61,992 bases of DNA from Planctomycetota bacterium (GTDB taxonomy: Bacteria > Planctomycetota > UBA1135): contig JBMYYH010000003.1 in the NCBI GenBank assembly GCA_049609225.1, positions 1-61,992 of the forward strand. The letters run 5' to 3'. Numbering within the stretch: position 1 is the first letter of the stretch; each line of letters starts with the position of its first letter. The notes beneath the pieces are model-generated. The model worked only from the letters and a program-made list of their open reading frames with translations. It was not told the DNA's origin and made no database searches. This document shows positions 1 through 10,675 of the stretch, piece by piece. Made by a program: the position numbers and the translations under genes.

Positions 1-673
1 TCAAGTTCGGTTCATCCTTCAGGAAGCCTTCCGCCTCTTCGACGATGCTCGGGCCCCAATCCGCGAAAACGGAACGCCGGCTGATCAGCTCCACTCGCGT
101 GCCCATGCGTGCGAGGAACTGCGCCAGCTCCAATCCAATCGCGCCACTGCCAATCACGGCAACGGACTCCGGACGCTCGGTCAGCGCCATGATGTCGTCA
201 CTGGTCCAAAGCGGAACCTCTTCGATCCCCGGGATCGGCGGCACCGCCACATTGGATCCGACTGCGATCACCGCACCCTTCTTGAAGCGATAAGTCTCGC
301 CCCCCGCTTCGACGGTATCCGGCCCCGTGAAACGTGCGCGCGCATCGATCACTTCATAACCACCGCTGTCGATGCCGGAGATCTTCGCGCGCTTGAAGCG
401 TTCGACCTTCACATCCTTGTTGCGCATCACTTCCTCGAAATCGGCAGCCAAGGTGCCTTGCGCAATGCCGGGAGTGCGATGGTGCTGCGCCTCATGGCGT
501 AGGTGCGCGGCGTGCAACAAGGTCTTCGTCGGCATGCATCCGCGGAGGATGCAGAGGCCGCCGAGTTCGCCATCGTTGAACATGGCGGTGCGGGCGCCGG
601 CTTGGGCTGCGGTTTTTGCTGCCGCAGTGCCTGCCGTGCCACCACCGAGAACCAGTACGTCGTATTCGTGCAT
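1..673 (-). CDS. Class I pyridine nucleotide-disulfide oxidoreductase (dihydrolipoamide dehydrogenase/mercuric reductase-like); N-terminal part, runs off the window edge
   Basis: Manual translation from ATG 673: MHEYDVLVLGGGTAG (FAD-binding GxGxxG), GGLCILRGCMPTK (redox CxxxxC), VAVIGSGAIGLE (NAD-binding). Absent from the ORF track because it has no stop in the window. Confidence 0.9.
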   Translation of the reverse strand, partial: MHEYDVLVLGGGTAGTAAAKTAAQAGARTAMFNDGELGGLCILRGCMPTKTLLHAAHLRHEAQHHRTPGIAQGTLAADFEEVMRNKDVKVERFKRAKISGIDSGGYEVIDARARFTGPDTVEAGGETYRFKKGAVIAVGSNVAVPPIPGIEEVPLWTSDDIMALTERPESVAVIGSGAIGLELAQFLARMGTRVELISRRSVFADWGPSIVEEAEGFLKDEPNL

Positions 674-723
674 GGGATGTGGGTTCGCGCATCAACGCGA
701 AACGTGACAAATCGTCCGGTCCC

Positions 724-924
724 TTAGTCCAGATCGAGGTCGAAAACGAAGTAGAGGAGGAATCCCCACACCACTCCGGCGGCGAGGATGATCAGACCGG
801 TCCACATCAGCCAACTCCAACCGAGCTTGATGCCAAGTGCAGCAATGCCCGCGCCGACGGCGATGAGGAGGAAGGGCGCCAGCAGACTGGCCAATCCCTT
901 CGCGAGGTAGTGGAGGAATGTCAC
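724..924 (-). CDS. Small membrane protein with two predicted TM helices, hypothetical
   Basis: 66 aa with two hydrophobic stretches; co-oriented with both neighbours. Confidence 0.65.
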   Translation of the reverse strand: MTFLHYLAKGLASLLAPFLLIAVGAGIAALGIKLGWSWLMWTGLIILAAGVVWGFLLYFVFDLDLD

Positions 925-947
925 AGGTGGATTTTACTTCCACCCCC

Positions 948-976
948 AAAAGCAAAACGCCCTGCACTGCAGGGCG
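948..976 (-). terminator. Intrinsic terminator
   Basis: Minus strand CGCCCTGC-AGT-GCAGGGCG followed by TTTTGCTTTT, downstream of 1024..1230. Confidence 0.7.
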
Positions 977-1023
977 CCGCTTCCTTGGGAAAAGGAGTCA
1001 GGAGTATTGAGGTTCGGGGATGG

Positions 1024-1230
1024 TCAACCGACCCACTTTTTCCCATCTCGACGCGCAGCCTTGGCCTGTTTGAGGTCTTCCAGGAAGGCGCGCTTGTCGG
1101 CTGCGCTGAACAGCCGGACCTTTCCACCACAGTCGATGCAGAAACTGGCATCCACGCTCTGTAGGTAACGAACGTAGTCGTGACAACGGGAACAGTACTT
1201 GGTGTCCTTAAAGAAGTCGCTTTGTGGCAT
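1024..1230 (-). CDS. Small zinc-ribbon protein, hypothetical
   Basis: 68 aa with two CxxC pairs (CSRC, CIDC) and a basic C-terminal helix; followed by a terminator. Confidence 0.7.
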   Translation of the reverse strand: MPQSDFFKDTKYCSRCHDYVRYLQSVDASFCIDCGGKVRLFSAADKRAFLEDLKQAKAARRDGKKWVG

Positions 1231-1407
1231 GACGCTGTGGAGGGGTGAAGGAAAGATCAGCCCGAGGGCTCATTCAAAACGTAGCTCCTCCTTTCGGGTC
1301 GTGACGTGGAATTCTCCTGAAAATCCCTGAAACCACGCGGAAATAAAGGAAGTCGCAAAACCACACACTTCTTCCGAACTCGACCTAAGGCCTTTCACCT
1401 AAGGGAG

Positions 1408-2523
1408 TTACCTGGAAATAGCGTATTCGAGCTCTTCACGCACAAAGGCGTCGCTCTCATCTGTTAAGACCTTGTGGAGAACCTTTCGTTCCCCAATTTC
1501 GCCCAAAGCCCAGGCCGCGTGACCCCGGACCAGAGGCTCCTCGTGGAATAGTGCCCGTTCCAGCTCTGGAACCCCCTTTTTCAGGTTCCCCAGCACGATA
1601 CAGACGTTGCGGAGGACGGCAGCCCACCCGGGACGTCGCAGGGGAGAACCTGTGAACAGCTTGTGGAAATCCTCCTCTGAAGTGTGGAGAAGCTGTTCAA
1701 GGCTGATTTGGGAGAACACCGGCAGGGCGGGCCAGGCGTCGGAGCGGTCGGGTTCTTGGGAGCCGAAGGGGCAGACTTCCTGGCAGACGTCACAGCCGAA
1801 GACCCATTCGCCGATCTTGGAGCGCCACTCACGCGGGATCGGACCCTTGGTTTCGATGGTCAGATAGGAGATGCACTTGCGTGGATCGAGGGCGTAGGCG
1901 GAAGTGAAGGCGTCGGTCGGGCAGGCATCGAGGCAGCGGGTGCAGGAGCCGCAAGTGGCCTCGCGGGCAGGGGGGGGCGCCCAAGCCGGCAGCCCCTGAT
2001 CGAGCACCAACTCACCCAACATCACCCAGGGACCATGCTTTGGATGTAACAAGAGAGTGTTCTTGCCGCGCCAACCCAGCCCGCCGCGGAAGGCCCATTC
2101 CCGCTCCAAAACCGGTGCCGCATCCACCGTCGCACGGAAGGACTGCGCTAAACCGGCTGCCCGTAAGCGTTTGCCGAGGCGTTCCAGGCGCTTGCCAAGC
2201 AGATTGTGGTAATCCCGACCGAGGGCATAACGCGCCACCCTTCCGCCGCCGACAAAGCTGCCGGGCGCCCGGTGATAAGGGAGTACAAACAAAGCGGCAC
2301 CCTTGGCCCAAGGCTTCCACTGGCGTAGATCGCCCCCGACCTCTTCCGCCTTGCGCAGATACTCCATCTCGCCGGCCCGGCCTTCCGCCAGCCAAGCCTG
2401 AAAACGCTCCATCACTTCCGGCTCCAGGGCGGTGGCCGGCAGGGTGGCCTGCAGTTCGAGGCCGACTTCCAGGGCCAACTCATGGAGCGGCAGGAGGTCT
2501 TCGGGAGGCAAGGCGTCGCCCAT
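1408..2523 (-). CDS. queG: tRNA epoxyqueuosine(34) reductase
   Basis: GRVARYALGRDYH, D-x-A-P-V-L-E-R, GKNTLL, 4Fe-4S motifs CGSCTRCLDACPT and GCDVCQEVCP, C-terminal HEAT-like RGHAAWALG. Confidence 0.95.
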   Translation of the reverse strand: MGDALPPEDLLPLHELALEVGLELQATLPATALEPEVMERFQAWLAEGRAGEMEYLRKAEEVGGDLRQWKPWAKGAALFVLPYHRAPGSFVGGGRVARYALGRDYHNLLGKRLERLGKRLRAAGLAQSFRATVDAAPVLEREWAFRGGLGWRGKNTLLLHPKHGPWVMLGELVLDQGLPAWAPPPAREATCGSCTRCLDACPTDAFTSAYALDPRKCISYLTIETKGPIPREWRSKIGEWVFGCDVCQEVCPFGSQEPDRSDAWPALPVFSQISLEQLLHTSEEDFHKLFTGSPLRRPGWAAVLRNVCIVLGNLKKGVPELERALFHEEPLVRGHAAWALGEIGERKVLHKVLTDESDAFVREELEYAISR

Positions 2524-2647
2524 GGCATCATTATTGCTCCGGGAAGGTGATGAGTCGCCGGAGATTTACCAATCCCACGGGCTCAGCATCGTTTCCAATA
2601 GGCGTAGCTGAACCGCAGCGCGCGTCTTTCCGTTGCCCTTTTGCACC

Positions 2648-5600
2648 ATGAAGAAGTCCTTCCTCCTTCTGCTCCTTACCAGTCTGCTCAGTTCCGTTCC
2701 CGTTTGGGGACAATCCGCCATTCAGGATGCACCGGCGATGCCGGAGGAACTGCGCCAACTTCTGCTCGATGGCGATCACGCCGAAGCCCTCAAGCAGATC
2801 CGCGGATTCCAACAGGGGGAGGAGGATCCAGAAGGCTTCTGGGATTTCCTCGAGGCGCGCACTTTGCAGCGATCGGGCCGCAGCGATCAAGCCCGCGAAG
2901 GTTTCTTGGCTTTCGAGGCCAACTTCCCTGAAAGCCCATGGTTGCCGAAGGTGCGTTATCACCATGCCGAGCTGTTGGCGCGGCAAGGTGCATGGGAGGA
3001 AGCGGAACGGATTTGGGCGGAGGAAGTCGCGCGGTTGCGTGGGCCCGAACGGCAGCGTGCCTTGGCGGATATCTATCTCGATCTCGCCAAGGAGTTGACG
3101 GCGCCTTTGACCGGTGCGGCGCAACGTCATCCGGATGATTTCCAGCGCGCGCGTGTGCTCTATCAAAAGGCGATGGATCTCGACCTGCCGACCGATCTGC
3201 AGGAACAGTTGCTTGAACGCATCGCTTGGTGCAGTGAGCAGCGCAAGGATTGGCGTACCGCGGTCATCGACTATGGCAACTACCTAGAGCGTTTCGATGA
3301 TGCAGAGGTTCGTTATGCCTACGGCGAAGCCCAGCGCAAAGCCGAGCAACTCAACGAAGCCCGTCGCACCTATGAAGACCTGGCCGACGCCCTGGCCGAC
3401 GGCGACTTCGAAATGGAAGATGTCGCGCGGGACCAACTCCACGGCATGGCGCTTTATTCCATCGCCTTCACCTATGACCAAGGCACCGAAGGACGCCTTG
3501 CCGCGATCAGCGCTTTCCGACGTTATCTCGAAGCGCACGCCGCACATCCGAAGACCAGTCGTGCGCGCTACGGATTGGCTTATCACCGTTATCGCTTGGG
3601 GCAATATGAAGATGCCCTGGCGGAGTTCGAAGATTTCCTGCAAAGTGTGCAGCCAGCCACCGACGATCAGACCGAGATCGAGAATGATGCACGGTTACGT
3701 CGGAGTGCGCAGATGCGCATCGCTGCTTCCTATTCCGAGCTCGGACGCTTCGAGGAAGCCGGCGCCGCTTATGGCAAGTATGTGCAGCTGCATCCCGATG
3801 GGCCGGAGTGGTCCGATGCGCAGACCGGCATGCTCCAGACCGAATACTGGCATGCACTGCAGCTCGGCGAAGAGCATCAATGGCAGCAGGCGCGGGAGGC
3901 ACACCTTGCCTTCCTGATGAATCATCCTCTGGATGAGCGCGTTCCATTTTCGCTGTTTGAGTTGGGGGATCTCTACCGTCAACAGGCGATGACGATGCAG
4001 GGTGAGGAAGACTCCGGTCCCCGCGAACAGCTCTACCGCCAAGCCATCCAGGAGTGGCAGGGTGTGATCCAACGTTTCCCGACTACGGATCAGGCCTCGC
4101 GCGCTTTGTATCTGACCGGTGTGTTGCAGGAGATGCAGCTCGACGAGTTGGAGAAGGCCGTCGCGAGTTATCGTGCCTGCAACTTCGGCTACTACCAGTC
4201 CTTGGCGCAGGAACAACTGATGGCGATGCTGGAGGAATCCCTTGCCATCCAGACGGAGCGCACGTGGCGCGTGGATGAACCGGCGCGTTTCCAGCTGGCG
4301 GTACGAAATGTGGAGCAAGTGCAAGTGGAGATCTATCGCCTCGACTTGGAGGCCTACTTCCGCAAGCATCTCACCCACGAAGGTATCGATCGCCTCGACC
4401 TCGATTTGATCGCCGCCGACCAAGAGTTCGAGCGCATCATCGAGGACTATGAGCAGTACCGCCCGTACGAACTGGATATCGACCTTCCCGTCGAAGGCGC
4501 TGGTGTTTGGGCAGTCGTGGTCTCATCGGATACTTACCGCGCTACCACCTTGGTTCTGCGCAGTGATCTCGACATGATCGTGCGCAGTTCCCGCGAAGAA
4601 GCACTCATCTTCGTCGAGGACATGGAGCGGTTGGAAGGCGCGGAAAATGTCCGCCTGATCCTGGCAGTGCCTTCTCAAGTGAGTGGTCAAGATGCACACT
4701 TGGTCGAACTCACCACCGACGCCGACGGCATCGCGCGGATCCAATTCGCGCAACACGGCATCGTGGAGCCTAAGGAGATGCACATCTTCGCCGCGGACGA
4801 TCGTGGTGTGGCTTCGACTGGGCAATGGTTGAAGCATCTCAATGCCGCGGGCAGCTTGGAACCGGCGGGCTTCGCCTATACCGATCGTTCCGCATATCTG
4901 CCGGGCTCTCTCGTTTCCTGGCGCGCCCTGATGCGCGACGTACATGCCGAGGCCTTCACCTACAAACCGGGTGAGATCTATCGCGTGTCGATGACCGATT
5001 CTCGCGGGCGCGTGGTGGTCAAGGAAGAACAAGCACTAAGTGCTTTCGGTTCGTTGCATGGCGCATGGCGTCTGGCGGAAGGCGCACCGCAAGGGGAGTA
5101 CCTGTTGCGTTGTATCAGTCCGCGTGGAAAAACCACTACGGCGCGCTTCCAGGTGGAAGAGTTCGAGTTGCAGAAACTTCAGGTCGTGCTTGAAGCCGAT
5201 CAGGACCTCTACTTCCGCAATGAGATGGTCGCCCTGCAGGGAACCGCATCCTGGTATTGGGGCGCGCCCTACGCCAATGGCAAGATTCGATTGACCACTC
5301 CGGATGGAAGGCATCATGAACTTATCACCGATGCCGACGGCGCATTCGAACTCGACTTCGATACGCACGAGATGCGCCCCGGTCGCAGTATGCGCTTTGT
5401 AGCGACCGCGATGGAGGAAGGTGTCAGTGGCGATCTTGCCCTTTATCTCGCCAAGACGGGTTTCCGCATCGGTATGCATGCGGCGAAGGACCTGCAGCAA
5501 GTCGGTAAGCCGACCAGCGTGCTCCTGACCACGACTGCCGCGAGTGGCGATCCCGTCGCCAAGACCTTGACCGTGCGTTTGAAGCACGAGACCAAGCTTG

Positions 5601-8600
5601 CCGATGGCAGTACCGAATTCATCACGGTCGAGACCCTGGAAGTCACGACGGATGAGGAAGGACAAGCCGTGGTGGTCTTCAATCCATCGGAAGGTGGTGA
5701 TTACTCGGTCTCGGCCGAGGGCGTGGATCGTTTCGGCAACCTGGTCGACGCCTATGCGCGCTTCTTCCTGTCCGGCGAGGACGATGAAGACAAGTTGCGT
5801 TTGTTGACCGACGCCAAGCGCTTGAATGTGGATGGTTCCATGCCGTTTACCTTGCTCAACCGCGCGGAGGAATCCTTGGCGCTGCTGACTTTCGAAGGCA
5901 GCGGCATCCTCGATTACCGTGTGGTGCGTCTGCAGGAAGGCGAAAACTCCTTCGACGAAGCCGTACCGCAGAACTTCTTCCCCGAAGTCACGGTGTCCGT
6001 CGCGATGATGAGCGGCAATGCTTTCCATGAAGCCGAGCATCGCTATCGCGTGCGTCGGAACCTCACGGTGAAGGTGACGCCGCGTACCGAGCAGGTGCGT
6101 CCTGGAGAAGAGATCCTGGTGGACCTTGAGGTGACCGATCAGAATGGTGCGCCCGTCACTGCGGAATTGAGTTTCGCGATGGTGGATGAGGCCCTGTTCG
6201 ATCTCTATCCGGATCGCAGTGGTGTCATCGGACAACCTTTCGAGCTGCGTTTGCGTCGGCCCTCGCCGATGATCAGCACGAGTAGTAATGCCTTCTCCTA
6301 TGCCGGCGTCACGCGTTCGATTGACGATGCTCTTTTGGAAGAAGGGCGGCGTCAACTGGCGGCGCAGACTTGGGATGCGAACCGCGATAAGGCGAAAGAA
6401 CGTCTTGGCAAATTGGGGCAGCGAGTTGCACCGGGGGAATACCAAGGGCCAGGCGATTCGGTGCCTCCGGGGGGTGGTGTCGCTCCCTCGACTCCTGGAG
6501 CCCCAGTGCTCTCGGTTGACTTCGATTCCGATGACCTCTCCTCCCTCGGTTACGCCATGGATGAGATGGCCTTAGAAGACGCGGAAGAGTGGAACAGTGA
6601 AGTCGGGCTAGGCGGTGGTGCCGGAGGCAAGATGGGTGGCCGTGGAGGCAAGAGCCTTGCCGCGCGTAAACGTGCTTCGCGTCCCGCGGATTGGGCCGAA
6701 GAGCAAGTGGGCCAGAATGACACGGAGCATCTCGACCGCATGACTGCGTATTGGAACCCATCCGTGGTGACCGATCGAGATGGCAAGGCCGTGGTGCGTT
6801 TCACCGCGCCTCAACAAAGTACTTCGTGGCGCTTGATGGCCCGAGGAAGCGATGCCGGCACCACCGTGGGTCAAGGTGTGAGCTCCATCATCACGCGCGC
6901 CGACTTCTTCGTCGAAGCACGTTGGCCATCAGTGTTGTTGGAAGGCGACCGCGGCAGCGTGATGGTGCGGGTGCATAACCTGACTGGCCTCACTGGCGAA
7001 GCCGATCTGAAGCTGACCTTGGACTACGCTGGTCAACTGCAGCAAGTGGTGCACAAGCTGGGCTACAGCGATGCAACCATGCAGGAAGTGTTGCTGACTC
7101 TGCCGGAAACCGTTCCTGCTGGTTTCGCTGGTCAAGCCAAACTGCAGATCATTGCCGAAGGTGGATTCGCCGAACCGGACGGACTCAGCCGCATCTCCGA
7201 ATTGACGGCATCCCTAACCCGCAATGTGGCAGTCGCTCCTTGGGGCTTGCCGGTTGCCGCGGCGAAGTCGGGCATCCTCAGCGATCAAGAGGTGTTGGAG
7301 TTGCACCTGCCGAAGGGTGGCAACTACAGCGCCGTGCGTTGGCAGCTGGAACTGGGCATGGGCATGGATCAGATGTTGGTGTCCGAGGCCTTGGGTGGTG
7401 TGCATTCGCAGTGGCTTGGATTCAACCATGAAGTGCGGATGCCGGATCGTCAGTCGGGCACGGCTAGCGAGTTGCTCGGTGCCTTGGCAGTGTTGAAGCA
7501 CCTGCAAGTCAGTGGTCAGGCGGATACCGAACCGCATGTCGCCCTGCGACGTCGCGCCGATGGTCTGCTCGCGAACCTGTTGAACCGTCAGCACCAGGAT
7601 GGTGGATGGGCATGGTCGGGCGCGGACCGCCAATCGCATGTCGATGTCTCGGCCATGGCGATGATCGCTTTGGAGCATGCGGATCGCGCGGGCCTCACGG
7701 TGGATGGAGGTCCATTGGGCCGCGGCCGCCAATACCTCACGAAGGCGTTGACCCAGGCGGATAAGCGTCAGACCGAACGTCGGGCGCGCTTGGTTTATGC
7801 GCTCAGTCTTTCAGAGAAGGCAGACTTCGCATTCGCCAACAGCCTGCATCGTCAACGATTGGATCTCTCGCCGGTGGCTTGCGCCTTCACCGCGCTTGCC
7901 TTGATGGAAATGAAGAGTGCACCGATGGCCGGCGAGGTTGCACAGGCGATGCTGAAGCGTCGCAGTGTGGGAGCCGGGCATTACGGACTACATTGCGCGC
8001 CGGTGGAAGGAACGGCTCTTGCGCTTTGGGCCACGCTCGAGGCATGGCCTGGTGCCTTGGCCGAGATCGCGGAGATGGAAGAAGAACTGATGGCGCAGCG
8101 TCCGTGGTATGGAGAGGATGCGCATGGCCTGGCCTTGACGGCTTTGGCGCGTCATCGCGGGAATCATGCACAGCGCGATCGCGACATCACCGTGTTGATG
8201 CAGGTCGGCAATGGCCAGGAGCGCGAGATTCCCATGAAGGGCCCGATGGCGGTGGCAGTCCTTGAGGAAGCCTTGCCGTCGAATCAGGAGGAGTTGCGGG
8301 TGCGTCTGCGCGTGCGCGGCAAGGGACAACCGCATTACGCCTTGGTCTTGGAAGGATTCGATACCGACCCGAAGGAATCGAACAATCGTGAGATGTCGGT
8401 TGCCCTGACCGAGTTCCACGCACCGCCGCCGATGTACGACGGCCGCGAGATGCCCGTCGGATTCAACCAGGTGCGCAACCATCGCAAGGAGTGGCGCAAC
8501 ACCGTCGAGCAGTTGGCTTATGGCGACATCGCTCCGATGCGGGTCGACTTCTACCGTCAATACAAGCGGGAAGACGTCGAGCATGAACTCGATTTCCTGA

Positions 8601-10618
8601 TGATCGAGATTCCGCTTCCCGCCGGTACGCGCCTGTTGGAAGACAGCTTGACCGGCAATGTCCGCGGCTGGCGCTTGGATCGTGGTGTGCTCAAGGTGGA
8701 CGTCGGCCAACACCGTGGTAGTGGACGCATCCACTTCCGCCTGCATGGTCTGCAGCCTGGAACCTATCGCACCTTGCCGGTGGTATTGCGCAGTGTCTAT
8801 CGCCCCGATCGATTCGCGGTCGGCAAGTCCGGTGTGTTGTCCGTGCTGGAGCGTGGACAAGCCACCGAAGATGCGTATCGCGCCACTCCGGATGAGCTTT
8901 ACGCTACCGGCATGGCTGCCTACGCCGCCAATGATGCGGAAGTCGCTTGGCAGAAGCTCAATCAACTCTTCGATGAGTTCGACGCCTTCCTCAACGCCGA
9001 GCCGCAAAAGCTTGCCGCACGCGCGATGCTGAGCCTGGCCGTGGACCGACGCGATTCCAACCGCATCGTGCAGTTCTTCGAGACCTTGAAGGAGAAGGAT
9101 CCCAACCTGTCGGTGCCGTTCGCGCGGCTGACCCACATCGCAGAGGCATATCGTCAACTCGGAGAATCCGAACGCGCCGCGCGCATCTACCGTGCCGTCG
9201 CCCAGGAAACTTTCGGCAAGGACCTGCAGTTGGTTGCCGTGTTGGAGCAACAACAGGATTTCCATGCCGCGAGTGAAGCCCTGCACCGATTCTGGCAGGA
9301 GTATCCGGACTTCCCCGCCGTGGTCGAAACCGGCGTGACCTTGGCGGACCGTCTGCTGTTGGCCGCCCCGGATGCCTACCGCGACGCCAGCCTGCGCGAT
9401 GCCAAACGCACCCGCGTGGTGTTGCTGTATGAGAGTGTCATCTACCTGCAACGCTTCCTCTCGATGTATCCCGAAGAAGCCGTCGCCGCGGATGCCGCAC
9501 TGAACCTCATCAATGCCTACCTCGATCTTGAGGACTACCCCAACGCTGCACGTCTCGCCGATGAGTTCAGTGGCCGCTTCACCGAACCGCGTTTCCTCGA
9601 CGCCTTCCTCTACACCCAAGCCGTTGCCCAGTGGTACCAAGGCGAGGATGCGAAGGCCGTCGCTCTGCTGACGCGGATTGCAGAAGCCAAATACCCCATC
9701 GAGGGTGGGGGCGTGCGCGCTTCCGATAACCGCGATCTCGCGCTCTACATCCTGGCGCAGATTCATCACGCCAAGCAAGACTTCACCGACGCCGCCCGTT
9801 ACTACGAGCAGGTCAGTACCGTCTTTGCCGATGCCCGCGAAGTCCTCGCCGACTTCCGACGCAAGGCACTCGGCCTGGATGAAGTCACCGAGGTCGCTCC
9901 AGACGAGAAGGCCAAGCTGACTCTGCATTACCGCAACCTCACCGAGACCGAGTTGTTGGTTTATCCCGTCGACTTGATGACCCTGTATCTGCGCGAGAAG
10001 AACCTCGCCGGTATTACCCAGGTCAACTTGGCGGGCATCGAACCGGTGATCCGTTCCACCGTGGAGCTGCCGGATGATGGATCTATGCGTGGCCAGGAAC
10101 ACGAGATCGAACTCGAGCTTCCAGGTCCTGGTGCCTATCTGCTCATCTGCCGCTCCGACGCCATCCACGCATCGGGCATGATCCTGGTGAGCGATTTCGA
10201 ACTCGTGGTCGAAACCGATCCGCAGAATGGTGGCGTCCGTGCGCAAGCCGTCTCGCGTACCGATGGCAAGTATCTGCGCGACGTCGACATTCGTGTCATC
10301 GGACGCCATGACCATGGATTCCAATCCGGGCATACCGATCCACGCGGTCTCTATGTCACTTCCGGAATTCGTGGGGCCGCAACCGTGATCGCGCGTCACG
10401 ACGGGCGTCATTACGCCTTCTATCGCGGACTTGGTGCTGCGCCGCAGCCGACGTTTGAAGGTGGCTTCCGCATCGAAAGCACCGAACGCCTGAACTCGGA
10501 ATCCTACTTCGACAATGTGCGTTCGCTGAATCGTAGCCAGCAGCAGCAGCGCGACAGCAAGCTCAAGAACAAGCAGGACCAGACCTACATGGGGCTGGAG
10601 CTGAATTCGTTACAGTAG
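2648..10618 (+). CDS. Giant secreted alpha-2-macroglobulin-family protein with N- and C-terminal TPR arrays
   Basis: Signal peptide MKKSFLLLLL (ATG 2648); TPR-like repeats; A2M/MG motifs YTDRSAYLPG, FQVEEF, MVDEALF, TAYWNP...TDRDGKA, QHQDGGWAW, EIPLPAG. Confidence 0.85.
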   Translation: MKKSFLLLLLTSLLSSVPVWGQSAIQDAPAMPEELRQLLLDGDHAEALKQIRGFQQGEEDPEGFWDFLEARTLQRSGRSDQAREGFLAFEANFPESPWLPKVRYHHAELLARQGAWEEAERIWAEEVARLRGPERQRALADIYLDLAKELTAPLTGAAQRHPDDFQRARVLYQKAMDLDLPTDLQEQLLERIAWCSEQRKDWRTAVIDYGNYLERFDDAEVRYAYGEAQRKAEQLNEARRTYEDLADALADGDFEMEDVARDQLHGMALYSIAFTYDQGTEGRLAAISAFRRYLEAHAAHPKTSRARYGLAYHRYRLGQYEDALAEFEDFLQSVQPATDDQTEIENDARLRRSAQMRIAASYSELGRFEEAGAAYGKYVQLHPDGPEWSDAQTGMLQTEYWHALQLGEEHQWQQAREAHLAFLMNHPLDERVPFSLFELGDLYRQQAMTMQGEEDSGPREQLYRQAIQEWQGVIQRFPTTDQASRALYLTGVLQEMQLDELEKAVASYRACNFGYYQSLAQEQLMAMLEESLAIQTERTWRVDEPARFQLAVRNVEQVQVEIYRLDLEAYFRKHLTHEGIDRLDLDLIAADQEFERIIEDYEQYRPYELDIDLPVEGAGVWAVVVSSDTYRATTLVLRSDLDMIVRSSREEALIFVEDMERLEGAENVRLILAVPSQVSGQDAHLVELTTDADGIARIQFAQHGIVEPKEMHIFAADDRGVASTGQWLKHLNAAGSLEPAGFAYTDRSAYLPGSLVSWRALMRDVHAEAFTYKPGEIYRVSMTDSRGRVVVKEEQALSAFGSLHGAWRLAEGAPQGEYLLRCISPRGKTTTARFQVEEFELQKLQVVLEADQDLYFRNEMVALQGTASWYWGAPYANGKIRLTTPDGRHHELITDADGAFELDFDTHEMRPGRSMRFVATAMEEGVSGDLALYLAKTGFRIGMHAAKDLQQVGKPTSVLLTTTAASGDPVAKTLTVRLKHETKLADGSTEFITVETLEVTTDEEGQAVVVFNPSEGGDYSVSAEGVDRFGNLVDAYARFFLSGEDDEDKLRLLTDAKRLNVDGSMPFTLLNRAEESLALLTFEGSGILDYRVVRLQEGENSFDEAVPQNFFPEVTVSVAMMSGNAFHEAEHRYRVRRNLTVKVTPRTEQVRPGEEILVDLEVTDQNGAPVTAELSFAMVDEALFDLYPDRSGVIGQPFELRLRRPSPMISTSSNAFSYAGVTRSIDDALLEEGRRQLAAQTWDANRDKAKERLGKLGQRVAPGEYQGPGDSVPPGGGVAPSTPGAPVLSVDFDSDDLSSLGYAMDEMALEDAEEWNSEVGLGGGAGGKMGGRGGKSLAARKRASRPADWAEEQVGQNDTEHLDRMTAYWNPSVVTDRDGKAVVRFTAPQQSTSWRLMARGSDAGTTVGQGVSSIITRADFFVEARWPSVLLEGDRGSVMVRVHNLTGLTGEADLKLTLDYAGQLQQVVHKLGYSDATMQEVLLTLPETVPAGFAGQAKLQIIAEGGFAEPDGLSRISELTASLTRNVAVAPWGLPVAAAKSGILSDQEVLELHLPKGGNYSAVRWQLELGMGMDQMLVSEALGGVHSQWLGFNHEVRMPDRQSGTASELLGALAVLKHLQVSGQADTEPHVALRRRADGLLANLLNRQHQDGGWAWSGADRQSHVDVSAMAMIALEHADRAGLTVDGGPLGRGRQYLTKALTQADKRQTERRARLVYALSLSEKADFAFANSLHRQRLDLSPVACAFTALALMEMKSAPMAGEVAQAMLKRRSVGAGHYGLHCAPVEGTALALWATLEAWPGALAEIAEMEEELMAQRPWYGEDAHGLALTALARHRGNHAQRDRDITVLMQVGNGQEREIPMKGPMAVAVLEEALPSNQEELRVRLRVRGKGQPHYALVLEGFDTDPKESNNREMSVALTEFHAPPPMYDGREMPVGFNQVRNHRKEWRNTVEQLAYGDIAPMRVDFYRQYKREDVEHELDFLMIEIPLPAGTRLLEDSLTGNVRGWRLDRGVLKVDVGQHRGSGRIHFRLHGLQPGTYRTLPVVLRSVYRPDRFAVGKSGVLSVLERGQATEDAYRATPDELYATGMAAYAANDAEVAWQKLNQLFDEFDAFLNAEPQKLAARAMLSLAVDRRDSNRIVQFFETLKEKDPNLSVPFARLTHIAEAYRQLGESERAARIYRAVAQETFGKDLQLVAVLEQQQDFHAASEALHRFWQEYPDFPAVVETGVTLADRLLLAAPDAYRDASLRDAKRTRVVLLYESVIYLQRFLSMYPEEAVAADAALNLINAYLDLEDYPNAARLADEFSGRFTEPRFLDAFLYTQAVAQWYQGEDAKAVALLTRIAEAKYPIEGGGVRASDNRDLALYILAQIHHAKQDFTDAARYYEQVSTVFADAREVLADFRRKALGLDEVTEVAPDEKAKLTLHYRNLTETELLVYPVDLMTLYLREKNLAGITQVNLAGIEPVIRSTVELPDDGSMRGQEHEIELELPGPGAYLLICRSDAIHASGMILVSDFELVVETDPQNGGVRAQAVSRTDGKYLRDVDIRVIGRHDHGFQSGHTDPRGLYVTSGIRGAATVIARHDGRHYAFYRGLGAAPQPTFEGGFRIESTERLNSESYFDNVRSLNRSQQQQRDSKLKNKQDQTYMGLELNSLQ

Positions 10619-10675
10619 GAAGGAATCCCCGGGAGCCCGCAACCGCATGGCTCCCGACGGGGTCTCATCCCTGTC

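Noticed and set aside
7988-10411. Long antisense ORFs (807 aa here; also 5036..6445, 18951..20960, 20994..22781, 40789..42534, 56800..58503, 50052..51260)
   Set aside because: Shadow ORFs opposite well-supported genes; expected from GC-rich codon bias and lacking recognisable motifs
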